Counted from the first letter of the whole stretch, positions 38,228-49,457 are shown. The stretch is DNA of 62,435 bases, filler included, from Thermodesulfobacteriota bacterium (GCA_036381125.1; 8 parts of 8 records of this genome joined end to end with filler, not necessarily neighbours in it), one strand, 5' to 3'. The notes: a model not told the origin generated them from the sequence alone. Program-made: numbers and translations.

Positions 38228-39568
38228 CTACATCGGCCCCGCCGCGGCCGTCGCGGCGGTGAAGGCCTCGTCGAGGAGGCGGAGCGCCTCGTCGACCTCG
38301 GACTCGGAGACGAGCAGGCTCGGGCCGATGCGCAGGACGTTGCGGTAGAGGCCGGCGCGGCCGACGAGGAGGCCGCGCCGCCGCGCCTCGTCCATGACGC
38401 GGGTGAGGAGCGCGGCGGCCGGCGCCCTGGCCGCCCCGCTTTCGGGGTCGATCAGCTCGAGCCCCTGCATGAGGCCGAGACCTCGGACGTCGCCGATGAC
38501 GGGGTGCCTGGCCTTGAGCGCCTCGAGCCCCTGGCGAAGCCGCCGCCCCAGCCGCTCGGCGCGGCCGGGCCCGTCCTCGCGCTCGAGCACCCGGATGGTG
38601 GCGAGCGAGGCGGCGGCGCAGACGGGGTTGCCGCCGAACGTGGAGAAGCCGGCCCCCTTCACCGCGGAGGCGACCGCCTCGGTCGCCATCGTGGCGGCGA
38701 GCGGCATGCCGCCCGCGATCCCCTTGGCCATGGCCATGAGGTCCGGCTCGACGCCGTAGTGCTCGATCGCGAACCACCGACCGGTCCGGCCGAAGCCGCT
38801 CTGGACCTCGTCGTCCACGAAGAGGCCGCCGTAGCGGCGCACGATCCCGACGGCCACCTGGAAGTACTCCCTGGGGGGCGTCACGAAGCCGCCGGTCCCC
38901 TGCACCGGCTCGGCCACGAAGGCGGCCGGCTGGCCGCTGCCCGACGTCTGGAGCACCGACTCGAGGTCCTTGGCGCAGCGCAGCTCGCACGACGGGTAGG
39001 TGAGGCCGAAGTCGCACCGGTAGCAGTAGGGCGCGTGCCCGAACGCGACGCCGGGGACCTGCGTCGGGACGCCGCGCCAGCCCGCCTGCCCGGTGAGCGC
39101 CTGCCCGAGGGCGCTGCGGCCGGAGTAGCCGTGGCGCAGCGCCACCACCTCCTGGCGGCCGGTGGCCGCCTTGGCGAGGAGGACCGCGGTGTCGACCGCC
39201 TCGCTCCCGCTGTTGGTGAAGAAGGTGCGGCGGAGGTCCCCCGGCGCGAGGCGCGCGAGCGTCTCGGCGAGGTCGACGGCCGGCTCGGTGGCGTACAGGG
39301 CGGAGACGTGCACGAGCGTGCGCGCCTGCGCCGCCACCGCCTCGGCCACCTCCGGGTGCGCGTGGCCGACCGACGTGACGAGGATGCCGCCGAAGAAGTC
39401 GAGGTACTCGCGGCCGTCGGCGTCCCACAGCCGGCTCCCCTCCCCGCGCGCCACGACGAGCGGCTCGTCGTAGTAGTGGCCCGCTCCCGGGAGGAAGTAG
39501 CGCCGGGCCCTCTCGCGGATGTCGGCCGACGGCGCGGACGTCCCGGACGCGCGATCCCGGGTGGTCAT
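38228..39568 (-). CDS. Class III PLP aminotransferase
   Basis: [47 protein letters not shown]. Confidence 0.92.
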   Translation of the reverse strand: MTTRDRASGTSAPSADIRERARRYFLPGAGHYYDEPLVVARGEGSRLWDADGREYLDFFGGILVTSVGHAHPEVAEAVAAQARTLVHVSALYATEPAVDLAETLARLAPGDLRRTFFTNSGSEAVDTAVLLAKAATGRQEVVALRHGYSGRSALGQALTGQAGWRGVPTQVPGVAFGHAPYCYRCDFGLTYPSCELRCAKDLESVLQTSGSGQPAAFVAEPVQGTGGFVTPPREYFQVAVGIVRRYGGLFVDDEVQSGFGRTGRWFAIEHYGVEPDLMAMAKGIAGGMPLAATMATEAVASAVKGAGFSTFGGNPVCAAASLATIRVLEREDGPGRAERLGRRLRQGLEALKARHPVIGDVRGLGLMQGLELIDPESGAARAPAAALLTRVMDEARRRGLLVGRAGLYRNVLRIGPSLLVSESEVDEALRLLDEAFTAATAAAGPM

Positions 39569-40692
39569 GCCTCGATCCCCGCGAGCGCCCGCTCGATCGG
39601 AAGGTAGTCGAGCCCGAGGTCGCGCGCCACGGCGGCGTGCGTGCACTGCCCGAGCCAGACGTTGAGCCCGCGCGCCAGGGCCGGGTCCTCGCGCATCGCC
39701 CTCGCGTAGCCCCGGTCGGCCAGCTTGCGGAGGTAGGGCAAGGTGGCGTTCGTGAGGGCGAACGTCGAGGTGCGCGCGACCGCGCCCGGCATGTTGGCCA
39801 CGCAGTAGTGGACCACGCCGTCGACCTCGTACGTCGGGTCGGCGTGGGTCGTCGGCCGGGTGGTCTCCACGCATCCCCCCTGGTCGACCGCGACGTCGAC
39901 GATGACCGCGCCCCGCTTCATGAGGCCGAGCATCTGCCGGGTGACGAGCCGCGGCGCCCTGGCGCCGACGACGAGCACGGCGCCGATCACGAGGTCGGCC
40001 TCGGCCAGCGCCGCCTCCACGCTGTAGCGGTTCGAGGCGACGGTCTTCACCCGCCCGCCGAAGCGGTCGTCGAGTTCGCGCAGGCGCTGGACGTTCACGT
40101 CGAGGATCGTCACGTCGGCGCCCATCCCGGCGGCGACCCTGGCCGCGTTCGACCCGACGACGCCGCCCCCGAGGATGACGACCCGCGCCGGCTCGACGCC
40201 GGGGACGCCGGACAGGAGCACCCCGCGGCCGCCCGAGACGTTCTCGAGCGCCCTGGCCCCGGCCTGGATGCTCATGCGACCCGCCACCTCGCTCATCGGC
40301 GTCAGGAGCGGAAGCGAGCGGTCGGCGAGCTCGATCGTCTCGTAGGCGATGCCGATGATGCGGCGATCGAGGAGCGCGCGGGCGAGCCTCGGGGCCGGGG
40401 CGAGGTGGAGGTAGGCGAAGAGGAGCTGCCCCTCGCGCAGGAGCGGCCACTCCTCCGGCTGCGGCTCCTTCACCTTGACGACGAGATCGGCCTCGCCGAA
40501 GACGGCCGCCGCGTCGGGCGCGATGCGCGCCCCGGCTCGGGCGTAGTCCGCGTCGTCGACCCCGCTGCCGAGGCCCGCACCGGCCTGCACGATCACGCGG
40601 TGGCCCGACTCGACGAGCGCCCGCACGCCGGCCGGCACGAGCGCGACCCGGTACTCGTGGGGCTTCACCTCCGCAGGGACACCGATCAGCAC
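39565..40692 (-). CDS. ald: Alanine dehydrogenase
   Basis: [44 protein letters not shown]. Confidence 0.95.
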   Translation of the reverse strand: MLIGVPAEVKPHEYRVALVPAGVRALVESGHRVIVQAGAGLGSGVDDADYARAGARIAPDAAAVFGEADLVVKVKEPQPEEWPLLREGQLLFAYLHLAPAPRLARALLDRRIIGIAYETIELADRSLPLLTPMSEVAGRMSIQAGARALENVSGGRGVLLSGVPGVEPARVVILGGGVVGSNAARVAAGMGADVTILDVNVQRLRELDDRFGGRVKTVASNRYSVEAALAEADLVIGAVLVVGARAPRLVTRQMLGLMKRGAVIVDVAVDQGGCVETTRPTTHADPTYEVDGVVHYCVANMPGAVARTSTFALTNATLPYLRKLADRGYARAMREDPALARGLNVWLGQCTHAAVARDLGLDYLPIERALAGIEA

Positions 40693-42437
40693 CCGGTGAA
40701 TCTAGCGCCCTGCTCCCCGTTCGGCCAGGCTGCCCCGCCGCGCCCGCCGTCGGCCCTGAGGAAGTCGAAGTCGCACCCCTGGTCGGCCTGCAGCACGTGC
40801 CGCGCATAGAGCGCGGCGTAGCCGCGGGCGGGAAGGGGCGTCGGCGACCAGGACGCCCGCCGTCGCGCCAGCTCCGCCTCGGCCACGAGGAGGTCGAGCC
40901 GGCGCTCCCGGACCGAGAGGCGAATGCGGTCGCCGGTGCGCACGAAGGCCAGCGGGCCGCCGGCCGCGGCCTCGGGCGCGACGTGGAGCACGACCGTGCC
41001 GAACGCGGTGCCGCTCATGCGGGCGTCGGAGATGCGCAGCATGTCCCTGACGCCCGCGCGCGCGAGCTTCGAGGGGATCGGCAGGTACCCCGCCTCGGGC
41101 ATCCCGGCGCCGAGGGGGCCGGCCCCCTTGAGGACCAGCGCGTCCTCGGGCGTCACGTCGAGATCCGGGTCGTCGATCCGTCGTGCGAGGTCATCGAGCC
41201 CGTCGAAGACGACGGCGCGCGCCTCGCGCTCGAGGAGCGCCTCGTCCGCGGCCGCCACCTTGAGGATCGCCCCCCTGGGGGCGAGGCTGCCGAAGAGCGC
41301 CACGAGGCCGCCGGTCGGCCGGAAGGGGTTGCTCGCCGGGCGGATCACCGCCCGGTCCACGAAACCGTCCGGCCCGTCGAGCCGATCGGCAAGCGCCTGC
41401 CCGGTCACGCCGCGCACCGTCTGGTGGAGGAGCGGCCGCAGCTCGCGCAGCACCGCCCCCACCCCGCCCGCCGCGTGGAAGTCCTCCATGTAGTGCCGCC
41501 CCACCGGCTTGAGGTCGACGAGGACCGGGGTCGTATCGGACAGCTCGTTGAGCCGCGCGAGGGGGAGCTCCGCGCCGACCCGCCCCGCGAGCGCGGCGAG
41601 GTGCACGACCGCGTTCGTCGAGCCGCCGATGGCGAGCAGCACCCGGAGCGCGTTCTCGAGCGCCTCGGGCGCGAGGACCTCCCGCGGCGTCGGTCCGCCC
41701 TCGGCCGCCATGCGAGCCGCCAGGGCGCCGCTTGCCTCGGCGGCGCGCAGCCGGTCGGCGTGCACCGCGGGGATGGCGGCCGTGCCGGGCAGCGCCATGC
41801 CGAGCGTCTCGGCCAGGACCGCCATGGTGCTCGCCGTCCCCATGACGGCGCAGGTCCCGGCGGTCGTGGCGAGGCTCCCCTCGACGACCTCGATCTCGGC
41901 CGCGGAGACCTCGCCGGCCCGATGGCGCGCCCAGAAGCGGCGGCAGTCGGTGCAGGCACCGAGACGCTCCCCCCGGTAGCGGCCGGTCATCATCGGGCCG
42001 ACCACGAGCTGGACCGCCGGCCGGCCCGCGGAGGCCGCCCCCATGAGCTGCGCCGGGACCGTCTTGTCGCACCCGCCGACGAGGACCACCGCGTCCATCG
42101 GCTGCGCGCGGATCATCTCCTCGACGTCCATCGCCATGAGGTTCCTGAAGACGAGGCTCGTCGGGCTCAGGAAGACCTCGCCCAGGGAGATGGTCGGGAA
42201 CTCGAGCGGCAGGGCGTCGCCGGCCAGGACGCCGCGCTTGACCGCCTCGAGCAGCTCGGGCGTGGTGCGGTGGCAGTTGTTGAAGCCGGAGGGCGCGACG
42301 GCGATGCCGACGACCGGGCGGTCGAGCATGCCGCGCGAGTAGCCCATCGAGCGGGCGAACGAGCGGCGCAGGTAGCGCGCGAAGTCGGGGTCGCCGTAGC
42401 TCGTGAGGCCGCGGCCGAGGCCACGTGGAGCGCTCAT
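40686..42437 (-). CDS. IlvD/Edd family dehydratase
   Basis: FNNCH; GGCDKTVP; GTCAVMGTASTM; GGSTNA; SDARMSGT. Confidence 0.92.
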   Translation of the reverse strand: MSAPRGLGRGLTSYGDPDFARYLRRSFARSMGYSRGMLDRPVVGIAVAPSGFNNCHRTTPELLEAVKRGVLAGDALPLEFPTISLGEVFLSPTSLVFRNLMAMDVEEMIRAQPMDAVVLVGGCDKTVPAQLMGAASAGRPAVQLVVGPMMTGRYRGERLGACTDCRRFWARHRAGEVSAAEIEVVEGSLATTAGTCAVMGTASTMAVLAETLGMALPGTAAIPAVHADRLRAAEASGALAARMAAEGGPTPREVLAPEALENALRVLLAIGGSTNAVVHLAALAGRVGAELPLARLNELSDTTPVLVDLKPVGRHYMEDFHAAGGVGAVLRELRPLLHQTVRGVTGQALADRLDGPDGFVDRAVIRPASNPFRPTGGLVALFGSLAPRGAILKVAAADEALLEREARAVVFDGLDDLARRIDDPDLDVTPEDALVLKGAGPLGAGMPEAGYLPIPSKLARAGVRDMLRISDARMSGTAFGTVVLHVAPEAAAGGPLAFVRTGDRIRLSVRERRLDLLVAEAELARRRASWSPTPLPARGYAALYARHVLQADQGCDFDFLRADGGRGGAAWPNGEQGARFTGC

Positions 42438-42476
42438 CGGCGCCAGTATAGCCTCCGCGCCGCGCCCTACCGAGCC

Positions 42477-42576
42477 NNNNNNNNNNNNNNNNNNNNNNNN
42501 NNNNNNNNNNNNNNNNNNNNTTAATTAATTAANNNNNNNNNNNNNNNNNNNNNNNNNNNNNNNNNNNNNNNNNNNN
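42477..42576. other. Artificial contig linker
   Basis: N-run, TTAATTAATTAA, N-run. Confidence 0.98.
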
Positions 42577-43026
42577 GTAGGCGCGGATCCAGGCAGGCGC
42601 GTTACGGAGGTCGTCGTTCCACTCGCCGGTGCAAACGATGCCGTCGTCGAGCCTGGCGTAGATCGCCTGGCGCATCCAGCGGCCCCCCTCGCGCGTCCGC
42701 AGGAGCACCATGACACGCCGCGCGTCGCGCCCCGAGGCGGCGGTGGCCTCCGGCAGCGCGGCGCAGAGGATGGCTCCGCTCACGCTGCGGCCGACGAGGG
42801 GGCGCAGGCCGTGCAGCAGGCGGAGACCGTCCTGATCGGGCACCAGGCCGAGCGGTGCGCAGGCGAGGCTGTCGGCGCGGTCGCTGACGAGGAGCACGTA
42901 GGCGCCGAGCCCTTCGGTCCAGTCCACGGCCGACTCGCACGCCGCCTCGTAGACCCCCTCGGCCAGCTCGACGAGGTCGTCGAACGGCGCCGTCTGTCGG
43001 AATCCGCGGCTCTCCCCCGTCCCCAT
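42577..43026 (-). CDS. Hypothetical protein (3' truncated)
   Basis: Protein-like ORF divergent from dedA; no recognised motif. Confidence 0.5.
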
Positions 43027-43097
43027 GGCGGAGCGGACCGTACACCTGAGGACCAGCCGATGTCAACGCTCGAATACGCAGGGAGAGTGCGCCCGAA

Positions 43098-44342
43098 ATG
43101 GATGGGCCGCTGAGCCCGATCGTCGCTCGCTTCGGCTACCTGGCCGTGTTCGTCGGCGTCTTCCTCGAGAGCGCCGGCGTGCCGGTGCCGGGGGAGACGC
43201 TCCTCCTCGCGGGCGCCTTCTTCGCGCACCAGGGATCGCTCGCCCTCGCCTGGGTCATCGCGGTGGCCGCCGCCGCCGCCGTCCTCGGCGACAACCTGGG
43301 CTACGTCCTCGGCCGACGGGGCGGCCGCCCGATGATCGAGCGCCGGGGGCGGCGGGTGGGGCTCACCCCGGCCCGCCTCGCCGCGATCGACGCGTTCTTC
43401 GCCCGGCACGGCGCGCGCGCGGTCTTCTTCGGCCGGTTCGTCACCGGCGTCCGGGTCTTCGTGGCCGTGGCGGCCGGGATCGCGCGCGTCCCCTGGCCGC
43501 ACTTCCTCGCCTGGAACGCGGCCGGGGCGCTGGTCTGGTCGGTGACCGTCGGGCTCGCGGGCTACGTCTTCGGGCAGAGCGTGATCGCCGCCGAGCACCT
43601 GCTCGGCCGGGCCGGGCTCTTCGCGATGGCGATCGTCGGGGCCCTTGCCGTGGCGGCCCTGGCGTGGCGCCACGGCCGCCGCCTGACGGCCCTGACCGCC
43701 GGCCGGGTGCCGGCCGGCCTCACCGCGAGGGAGATCCTCCTCGTCGTCGCCAACGCCGTGTCCATCGGCGTCTTCGCGAGGATCGCCGAGGAGGTCGCAC
43801 ACCGCCGGACGGCGCGCTTCGACGAGGTGGTGGCGATGGCCGTCCTCGCCTGGCGGTCTCCCGGTCTCGACCTCGTCATGATGGCCCTCTCGGCCATCGG
43901 CGCCTATCCGTTCCTCGCCGTGGTCGTCGCCGCGGTGGCGGGGTGGGCCTGGCGCCGCGGCGACCGAGGCGCGGCCGGCGCGCTGGTGGCCGTGTCGCTG
44001 GTCGACGTGACGCTGAACGCCCTGCTCAAGACGGCCTTCGAGCGGGGTCGCCCCGACCTCTGGGCGCTCGTGGTGGAGCCGCAGAGCTACAGCTTCCCGA
44101 GCGGGCACGCCATGGGCGCCGCCGCCATCTACGGCTTCGCCGCCGTGGTGGTCGCGCGCCTGGCCCCCCAGGCCCGACCGCTGCTCGCCGTGGCGACGCC
44201 GTTGCTCGTCCTCGGCATCGGCCTCTCGCGCGTCTACCTCGGCGTTCACTGGCCGACCGACGTGCTCGCCGGCTTCGCGGCCGGCGCCCTCCTCCTCCTC
44301 TGGGCCACCTACCTGCTGGACGGCACGCGCCGGGCCCCGTGA
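43098..44342 (+). CDS. DedA-PAP2 phosphatase fusion membrane protein
   Basis: DedA motifs ESAGVPVPGE, GDNLGY, GRFVTGVR; PAP2 motifs K..FERGRP, SFPSGH, SRVYLGVHWPTD. Confidence 0.92.
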   Translation: MDGPLSPIVARFGYLAVFVGVFLESAGVPVPGETLLLAGAFFAHQGSLALAWVIAVAAAAAVLGDNLGYVLGRRGGRPMIERRGRRVGLTPARLAAIDAFFARHGARAVFFGRFVTGVRVFVAVAAGIARVPWPHFLAWNAAGALVWSVTVGLAGYVFGQSVIAAEHLLGRAGLFAMAIVGALAVAALAWRHGRRLTALTAGRVPAGLTAREILLVVANAVSIGVFARIAEEVAHRRTARFDEVVAMAVLAWRSPGLDLVMMALSAIGAYPFLAVVVAAVAGWAWRRGDRGAAGALVAVSLVDVTLNALLKTAFERGRPDLWALVVEPQSYSFPSGHAMGAAAIYGFAAVVVARLAPQARPLLAVATPLLVLGIGLSRVYLGVHWPTDVLAGFAAGALLLLWATYLLDGTRRAP

Positions 44343-44349
44343 TAGGCTC

Positions 44350-45399
44350 GTGTCCATGCGCGTCCGTGCGCTCGCGCGGGCCCTGCTCGCCGCCGCGCTC
44401 TTCGGGGCGGCCACGCCGGCGAGCAAGTGGCTCCTGTCGGACCTGACGCCGTTTCAGCTCGCCGGGCTCCTCTACCTCGGCGCCGCGCTGGGCGTCTGCT
44501 CCGGCGCGGTACGTGGCGGCCGCGTGCCTCTTCCGGCGGGCGGCGACCGCAATCGCGCCCGGCTGCTGGGCGCCGTCGTCGCGGGCGGCCTGGTGGGCCC
44601 GGTGCTCCTGCTCGTCGGCCTTCGGCTGGCCGAGGCGGCCTCCGTGTCGCTGTGGCTCAGCTTCGAGCTGACGGCGACGGCCCTGCTGGGGGCCCTCGTC
44701 TTTCGAGACCACCTCGGTCGCGCCGGGTGGGCCGGGGTCGCGATGGCGCTGGCCGCCTCGTGCCTGCTCTCCGCGGAGGGCGGGGCCGCGGGGCCCACGG
44801 CGGGCACGCTCGTGCTCCTCGCCTGTCTCTGCTGGGGTCTGGACAATCACCTCACCGCGCTCATCGACGGCGTCACGCCCAGCCAGAGCACGTTCTGGAA
44901 GGCGCTCGTCGCCGGCACGGTCAACCTCGGGATCGGCGTCGCGCTCGACCCCTTCACCGCTCGCCCGCCCCTCGTCCTCGCCGGGCTGCTCGTCGGCGCC
45001 TGGTCGTATGGTGCAAGCATCGTCCTGTACATCACGGCCGCCCAGGGGCTCGGCGCCACCCGGGCGCAGATCGCGTTCGCCACGGCGCCTCTCTTCGGCG
45101 TGCTGCTGTCCGTGACGTGGCTGGGAGAGTCGCTCGCGCCCGTCCACGCGGCCGCGGCGGCGCTGTTCCTCGCGAGCGTCGCGCTCGTGACCGCCGACCG
45201 GCACGCGCACGCCCACGAGCACGAGGCGCTGGAGCACGAGCACGGACACCGACACGACGACGGCCACCACACGCACGAGCATCCCGGTCTGCGCCCGTCC
45301 GCGTGGCACACCCATCGCCACCGTCACGAGCCGGTCGTCCACAGCCACCCGCACTGGCCAGACCTCCACCACCGGCACCGTCACGACGCCGATCCGTGA
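44350..45399 (+). CDS. DMT/EamA transporter with a His-rich C-terminal tail
   Basis: AGLLYLGA; WGLDNHLT; tail HAHAHEH...HWPDLHHRHRH. Confidence 0.88.
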   Translation: MSMRVRALARALLAAALFGAATPASKWLLSDLTPFQLAGLLYLGAALGVCSGAVRGGRVPLPAGGDRNRARLLGAVVAGGLVGPVLLLVGLRLAEAASVSLWLSFELTATALLGALVFRDHLGRAGWAGVAMALAASCLLSAEGGAAGPTAGTLVLLACLCWGLDNHLTALIDGVTPSQSTFWKALVAGTVNLGIGVALDPFTARPPLVLAGLLVGAWSYGASIVLYITAAQGLGATRAQIAFATAPLFGVLLSVTWLGESLAPVHAAAAALFLASVALVTADRHAHAHEHEALEHEHGHRHDDGHHTHEHPGLRPSAWHTHRHRHEPVVHSHPHWPDLHHRHRHDADP

Positions 45400-45464
45400 C
45401 CATGTCGGGCGGAACCGCCGACCGTCCCGCGGGCGCGAGCGAATCGGAGGCACGACGCCGCACG

Positions 45465-46130
45465 TCAGGTCGCGGCAAGCGCGGCGCGAACGTCGTGGAG
45501 CGTCTCGAAGGGGGTGAACGGGAGGCCGGCGGCCCGCATCGCCTCGGCCAGGTGGTCGCGGGCGAAGACGGCCGAGCCGCGGCCGGCCGCGGCGACGAGC
45601 GACGCGGCCTCGACGTCTCCCGCCCCGTCGCCCACGTAGGCCACCGGGCGGCCGGCGGCGAGGAGCGCCTCGACGCTCCGGCGCTTGCCGGCCTCGGTCG
45701 GCCCGGCCTCCGCGAAGACGACGCGCCACCGCGCGCCGCCATCCGGCTCCTCCTCGACGACGAGGTCGTTGGCCAGGATGGTGAGCGCGTCCGCGTGCGA
45801 GCCGAGGAAGTGCCGGATCACCGGCCGGAGGCCCCCCGAGACGAGCCGCATCTCGACGCCGGCGCCGCGGGCCCACGCGAGGAGATCCGGGAAGCCGGGG
45901 TCGAGGCGCACCTTCGCCTCGAGGAAGCCGAACGCGACCTCTCGGCTGGCCGTGACCGAGCCGACCATCCGCTCGATGGCCTCGCGCACGCCGAGGCGCC
46001 CGCGGTCGACGTCGCGGGCCATCCGACGCGCGCGGAGCGGCCCCATCCCCAGCTCCGCGAGGAGCCGGATCGTGTCGGGCCGGACGACGGTGCCGTCGAA
46101 GTCGAGGAGGAGCGCGAGCGGGCCGGACAT
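45465..46130 (-). CDS. HAD-IB phosphatase (MtnX-like)
   Basis: DFDGT; LVSGG; YVGDGAGD; VFARD. Confidence 0.85.
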   Translation of the reverse strand: MSGPLALLLDFDGTVVRPDTIRLLAELGMGPLRARRMARDVDRGRLGVREAIERMVGSVTASREVAFGFLEAKVRLDPGFPDLLAWARGAGVEMRLVSGGLRPVIRHFLGSHADALTILANDLVVEEEPDGGARWRVVFAEAGPTEAGKRRSVEALLAAGRPVAYVGDGAGDVEAASLVAAAGRGSAVFARDHLAEAMRAAGLPFTPFETLHDVRAALAAT

Positions 46131-46250
46131 GCGGGGACCCTAGCACGGGCCCCTTGGGGTCTGCTACCCTTCGCGCCGCACGTCGTGCCGGCCGCCCGCC
46201 GCGGCGCTCGCTGCGGGGGCCGGGACGGCGTCGGCGAGAGGAGAAGGGCT

Positions 46251-47054
46251 GTGGCCGAGCCGCGCGAGGTCCCCCCCGAGGCCAGGGCCGCCGTCGACCG
46301 CTTCACGGCGCAGGTGCGCGAGGCGTTCGGCGCGAGGCTCATGTCGGTCGTCCTCTACGGCAGCGCCGCGAGCGGCGACTACGTTCACGGGCGGTCGGAC
46401 CTCAACCTGGCGCTCGTGCTCGAGACGGTGGCGCTCGAGGACCTCGACCGCTGCCGCCCCTTCCTCGAGGGGTGGCGCAAGGACGGCATCGCCCTGCCGC
46501 TCCTCCTCACGCCCACCGAGGTCCAGCGCTCGGCCGACATCTTCCCGGTGGAGTTCCTCGACATCTGCGAGTACCACGTGCTCCTCTACGGCGCCGACTT
46601 CTTCGCCGACCTCGACATCGACCCCCGGTACCTCCGCTTCCAGGTCGAGCACGAGCTCAAGGCGAAGGTGCTCTCGCTGCGGGAGTCGTACCTGGGCGGG
46701 CTCGACCGGGGGACGCTCGAGGCGCTGGTCGAGGAGCTGTTCGAGACCTCGGTGCCCTCGGTCCTCGCCCTCGGGCGCAACCTGCTCCGCGCGTCCGGGC
46801 AACGGCCGCCCGCCCGCAGGCGGGACACGCCGGCGGCCCTCGAGCGCGCCTTCGGCCTCACGCTGCCGGTGCTCGCCGACCTCGCTCGCCGGCGGGCGGG
46901 CCGCGCGCCCCTGGCGGCCGGCGGCGACGCGAAGGCACAGTTCGGCCGGTACCTCGAGGAGGTCGAGTCGCTCGCCCGCGTGGCCGACAGTCTCGGCGAC
47001 CCGGCCGCCTGGCGAGGCGAGCGACCCGGCGGCGGGGCCGGGCCCTCCGCGTGA
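46251..47054 (+). CDS. Nucleotidyltransferase-fold protein (LemA/TPM-associated)
   Basis: LYGSAASGDY...SDLN; SADIFPVEFLDI; LRFQVEHELK. Confidence 0.75.
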   Translation: MAEPREVPPEARAAVDRFTAQVREAFGARLMSVVLYGSAASGDYVHGRSDLNLALVLETVALEDLDRCRPFLEGWRKDGIALPLLLTPTEVQRSADIFPVEFLDICEYHVLLYGADFFADLDIDPRYLRFQVEHELKAKVLSLRESYLGGLDRGTLEALVEELFETSVPSVLALGRNLLRASGQRPPARRRDTPAALERAFGLTLPVLADLARRRAGRAPLAAGGDAKAQFGRYLEEVESLARVADSLGDPAAWRGERPGGGAGPSA

Positions 47055-47836
47055 CGCTGGCGCGGGCGACGGCCGTCGCCGTCGGCTGGCTCGTATCCCT
47101 GTGCCTGCTCGCGGCGGCGGCCGCTGCCACGATCCCACCGCGCCCCTCCGGGCCGGGCGCGCGCCCGATCGTCGACGCGGCCGGGGTCCTCTCGGCGGAG
47201 CAGATCGAGCGGCTCGACGCCACGCTCGGCGGTCTCTACCGGAAGACCGGCGTCACGGCCGGCGTCCTCACGGTGACCTCCATCGCCCCCGACACGATCG
47301 AGGACTACGCCGTGCGCGCCTTCGCCGACTGGCGGCTCGGGCGGGAGGGCAAGGACGACGGGCTCCTGCTCGTGGTCGCCGTCGAGGACCGGCGCGTCCG
47401 GCTCGAGACCGGCTACGCCATCGAGGGGACGCTGCCCGACGGCCGGGTCGGCGAGCTGCTCGACCGGTACGCGGTGCCGTACTTTCGCGAGGGCCGCTAC
47501 GGCGACGGGATCGTGGCCGTGATGGACGCGGCGGCGGCCGTCCTGGCCGCCGAGGCCCCGCCCGATCCGCCGGCCGGAGCCCCTCCGGCCGGCTCGCGCG
47601 GGCCCGGCCCCGGGTGGCTGATCCTGCTGCTCGTCGCCGCCGTGCTGCTCGCCCGGATGCTGGGCGGGCCGGGAGGACGGCACCGGCGCTTCGGCCCCGG
47701 CCGCCCGCGACGCGGCTACCGCGGCCCCATCATCGTGCCGGGCGGCTTCGGCGGCTTCGGCGGCGGCTCCCGGGGCGGTGGGTGGGGCGGCTTCGGGGGC
47801 CGCTCGGGCGGCGGCGGCGCGAGCCGCGGGTGGTAG
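47051..47836 (+). CDS. TPM domain protein
   Basis: VDAAGVLS; WRLGREGKDDGLLL; RLETGYAIEG; C-terminal GGRSGGGGASRGW. Confidence 0.9.
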   Translation: MTLARATAVAVGWLVSLCLLAAAAAATIPPRPSGPGARPIVDAAGVLSAEQIERLDATLGGLYRKTGVTAGVLTVTSIAPDTIEDYAVRAFADWRLGREGKDDGLLLVVAVEDRRVRLETGYAIEGTLPDGRVGELLDRYAVPYFREGRYGDGIVAVMDAAAAVLAAEAPPDPPAGAPPAGSRGPGPGWLILLLVAAVLLARMLGGPGGRHRRFGPGRPRRGYRGPIIVPGGFGGFGGGSRGGGWGGFGGRSGGGGASRGW

Positions 47837-47846
47837 GAGAGGATCG

Positions 47847-48002
47847 ATGCGTGTCGTCGTGATCGGGATCGTGGTGCTGCTCGGGCTGCTGGTTCTGGCC
47901 GGGGGCTGGTTCGTCGGCCAGCGCAACACGCTCGTCGACATGCGCGGGCGGGCCCAGGCGCAGTGGACGCAGGTCGAGAACCAGCTCCAGCGGCGCAACG
48001 AC
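47847..48002 (+). CDS. lemA: LemA family protein (partial)
   Basis: N-terminal TM helix; WTQVENQLQRRND. Confidence 0.85.
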
Positions 48003-48102
48003 NNNNNNNNNNNNNNNNNNNNNNNNNNNNNNNNNNNNNNNNNNNNTTAATTAATTAANNNNNNNNNNNNNNNNNNNNNNNNNNNNNNNNNNNNNNNNNN
48101 NN
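48003..48102. other. Artificial contig linker
   Basis: N-run, TTAATTAATTAA, N-run. Confidence 0.98.
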
Positions 48103-49455
48103 CCGCCTGGTGCGGTAGTCGGTGTTGAGCGCGGCGAGGCGCTCGTCCAGGCATCTGGCGAATCGGGCGAGGTCGGCCGGCGCCGTCTCGAACTCCACGA
48201 TCCACTCGTGCGCGCCTCGCGCGGCCCTCGGCCCGGGAAAGCGCGGCGCCACCGTGTACTCGACCAGGCGCGCGCCGGTCGCCGCGAGGGCCGCCGCCAT
48301 CGCCTGCTCGACCTCCTCGACGATGACGTTCTCGCCGAACGCGTTCACGAAGTGCCGCGTGCGTCCGGCGATGACGATGCGCGGCGGCCGCGTGGAGAGG
48401 AAGCGCACGGTGTCGCCGAGGACGTAGGCGAAGAGGCCGGCGCAGGTGGAGACGACGACCGCGTAGACCGGGCCCGCCTCGACGTCGGCGAGGGTGCGGC
48501 GCGGCGGCGAGCGGTCGCCGAGCGAGGCCACGGGGACGAACTCGAAGAAGATCCCGCCGTCCGGGACGAGGTCGAGCCCGCCCGCGCGGTCGGTCTGGAT
48601 GGCGAGGAACCCCTCGGAGGCCGGGTACAGCTCGAGCGTCTCGAAGGGCCGGCCGACCGCGTCGGCGAGGCGCGCGCGGAAGGGCGCCATGTGGACGCCG
48701 CCGTGGAGGAACACGCGGAAGCCCGGCCAGATGTCGCCGATGGTCCGGCCGCCCGCCATGGCACGCAGCCGCTCGAAGAGGAGGAGGGTCCAGGAGGGCA
48801 TGCCGCCCACGAGCCGGATGTCGGCGGCGATCGCCTCCGCGGCCATCCGGCCGAGCCGGGTCTCCCAGTCGGCGATCGCCGCCACCTCGCGCCGCGGGTA
48901 GCCGATCCCCCCGAGGAACCAGGGGACCGCGTCGTACATGATGCCCGACAGGTCGCCCACCCGACGCACGGGGTCGCCGCCCACCGGCGAGAGCGACGAC
49001 GAGCCGGAGAGGAAGAGGAGGCCGCCGTCGAAGAGGCCGGCGTCGCCCGTCCAGTGGACGTAGTGGGCGAGCGCATCCCAGGCCGCGCTCCGCTGGCTCG
49101 CGATCATCTCCCGGGAGACCGGGATCGTCTTGTCGCCCGCCGTCGTGCCCGAGGTCTTGGCGAAGCGGTCGATCCGCCCCGGCCAGGAGACGTCCGGCTC
49201 GCCGGCCAGGGCGCGGTCGATCCAGGGCCGGTAGTCGAGGTAGGTGCGCAGCGGCACGCGCGCCTGGAAGTCGGCCGCCGTGCGGATGCCGCCGAAGTCG
49301 TGCCGGCGGCCGAAGTCGGTGTCCCGCGCGCGCCGGACGAGGCGTGCGAGGACCGCCGCCTGGGCCGCCTCCGGCGCCTCGAGCGCGCGGGCGAGGCGCG
49401 CCACCCGCCGGGCGGCGAGCATGCGGATGGCCGGATGGAGCGGCGCGAGCCGCAT
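48103..49455 (-). CDS. GH3 family acyl-adenylate/amido synthetase (3' truncated)
   Basis: FAKTSGTTAGDK; LYPASEGF; GIFFEF; YVLGDTV; GRT...NAFGE. Confidence 0.88.
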
Positions 49456-49457
49456 GG

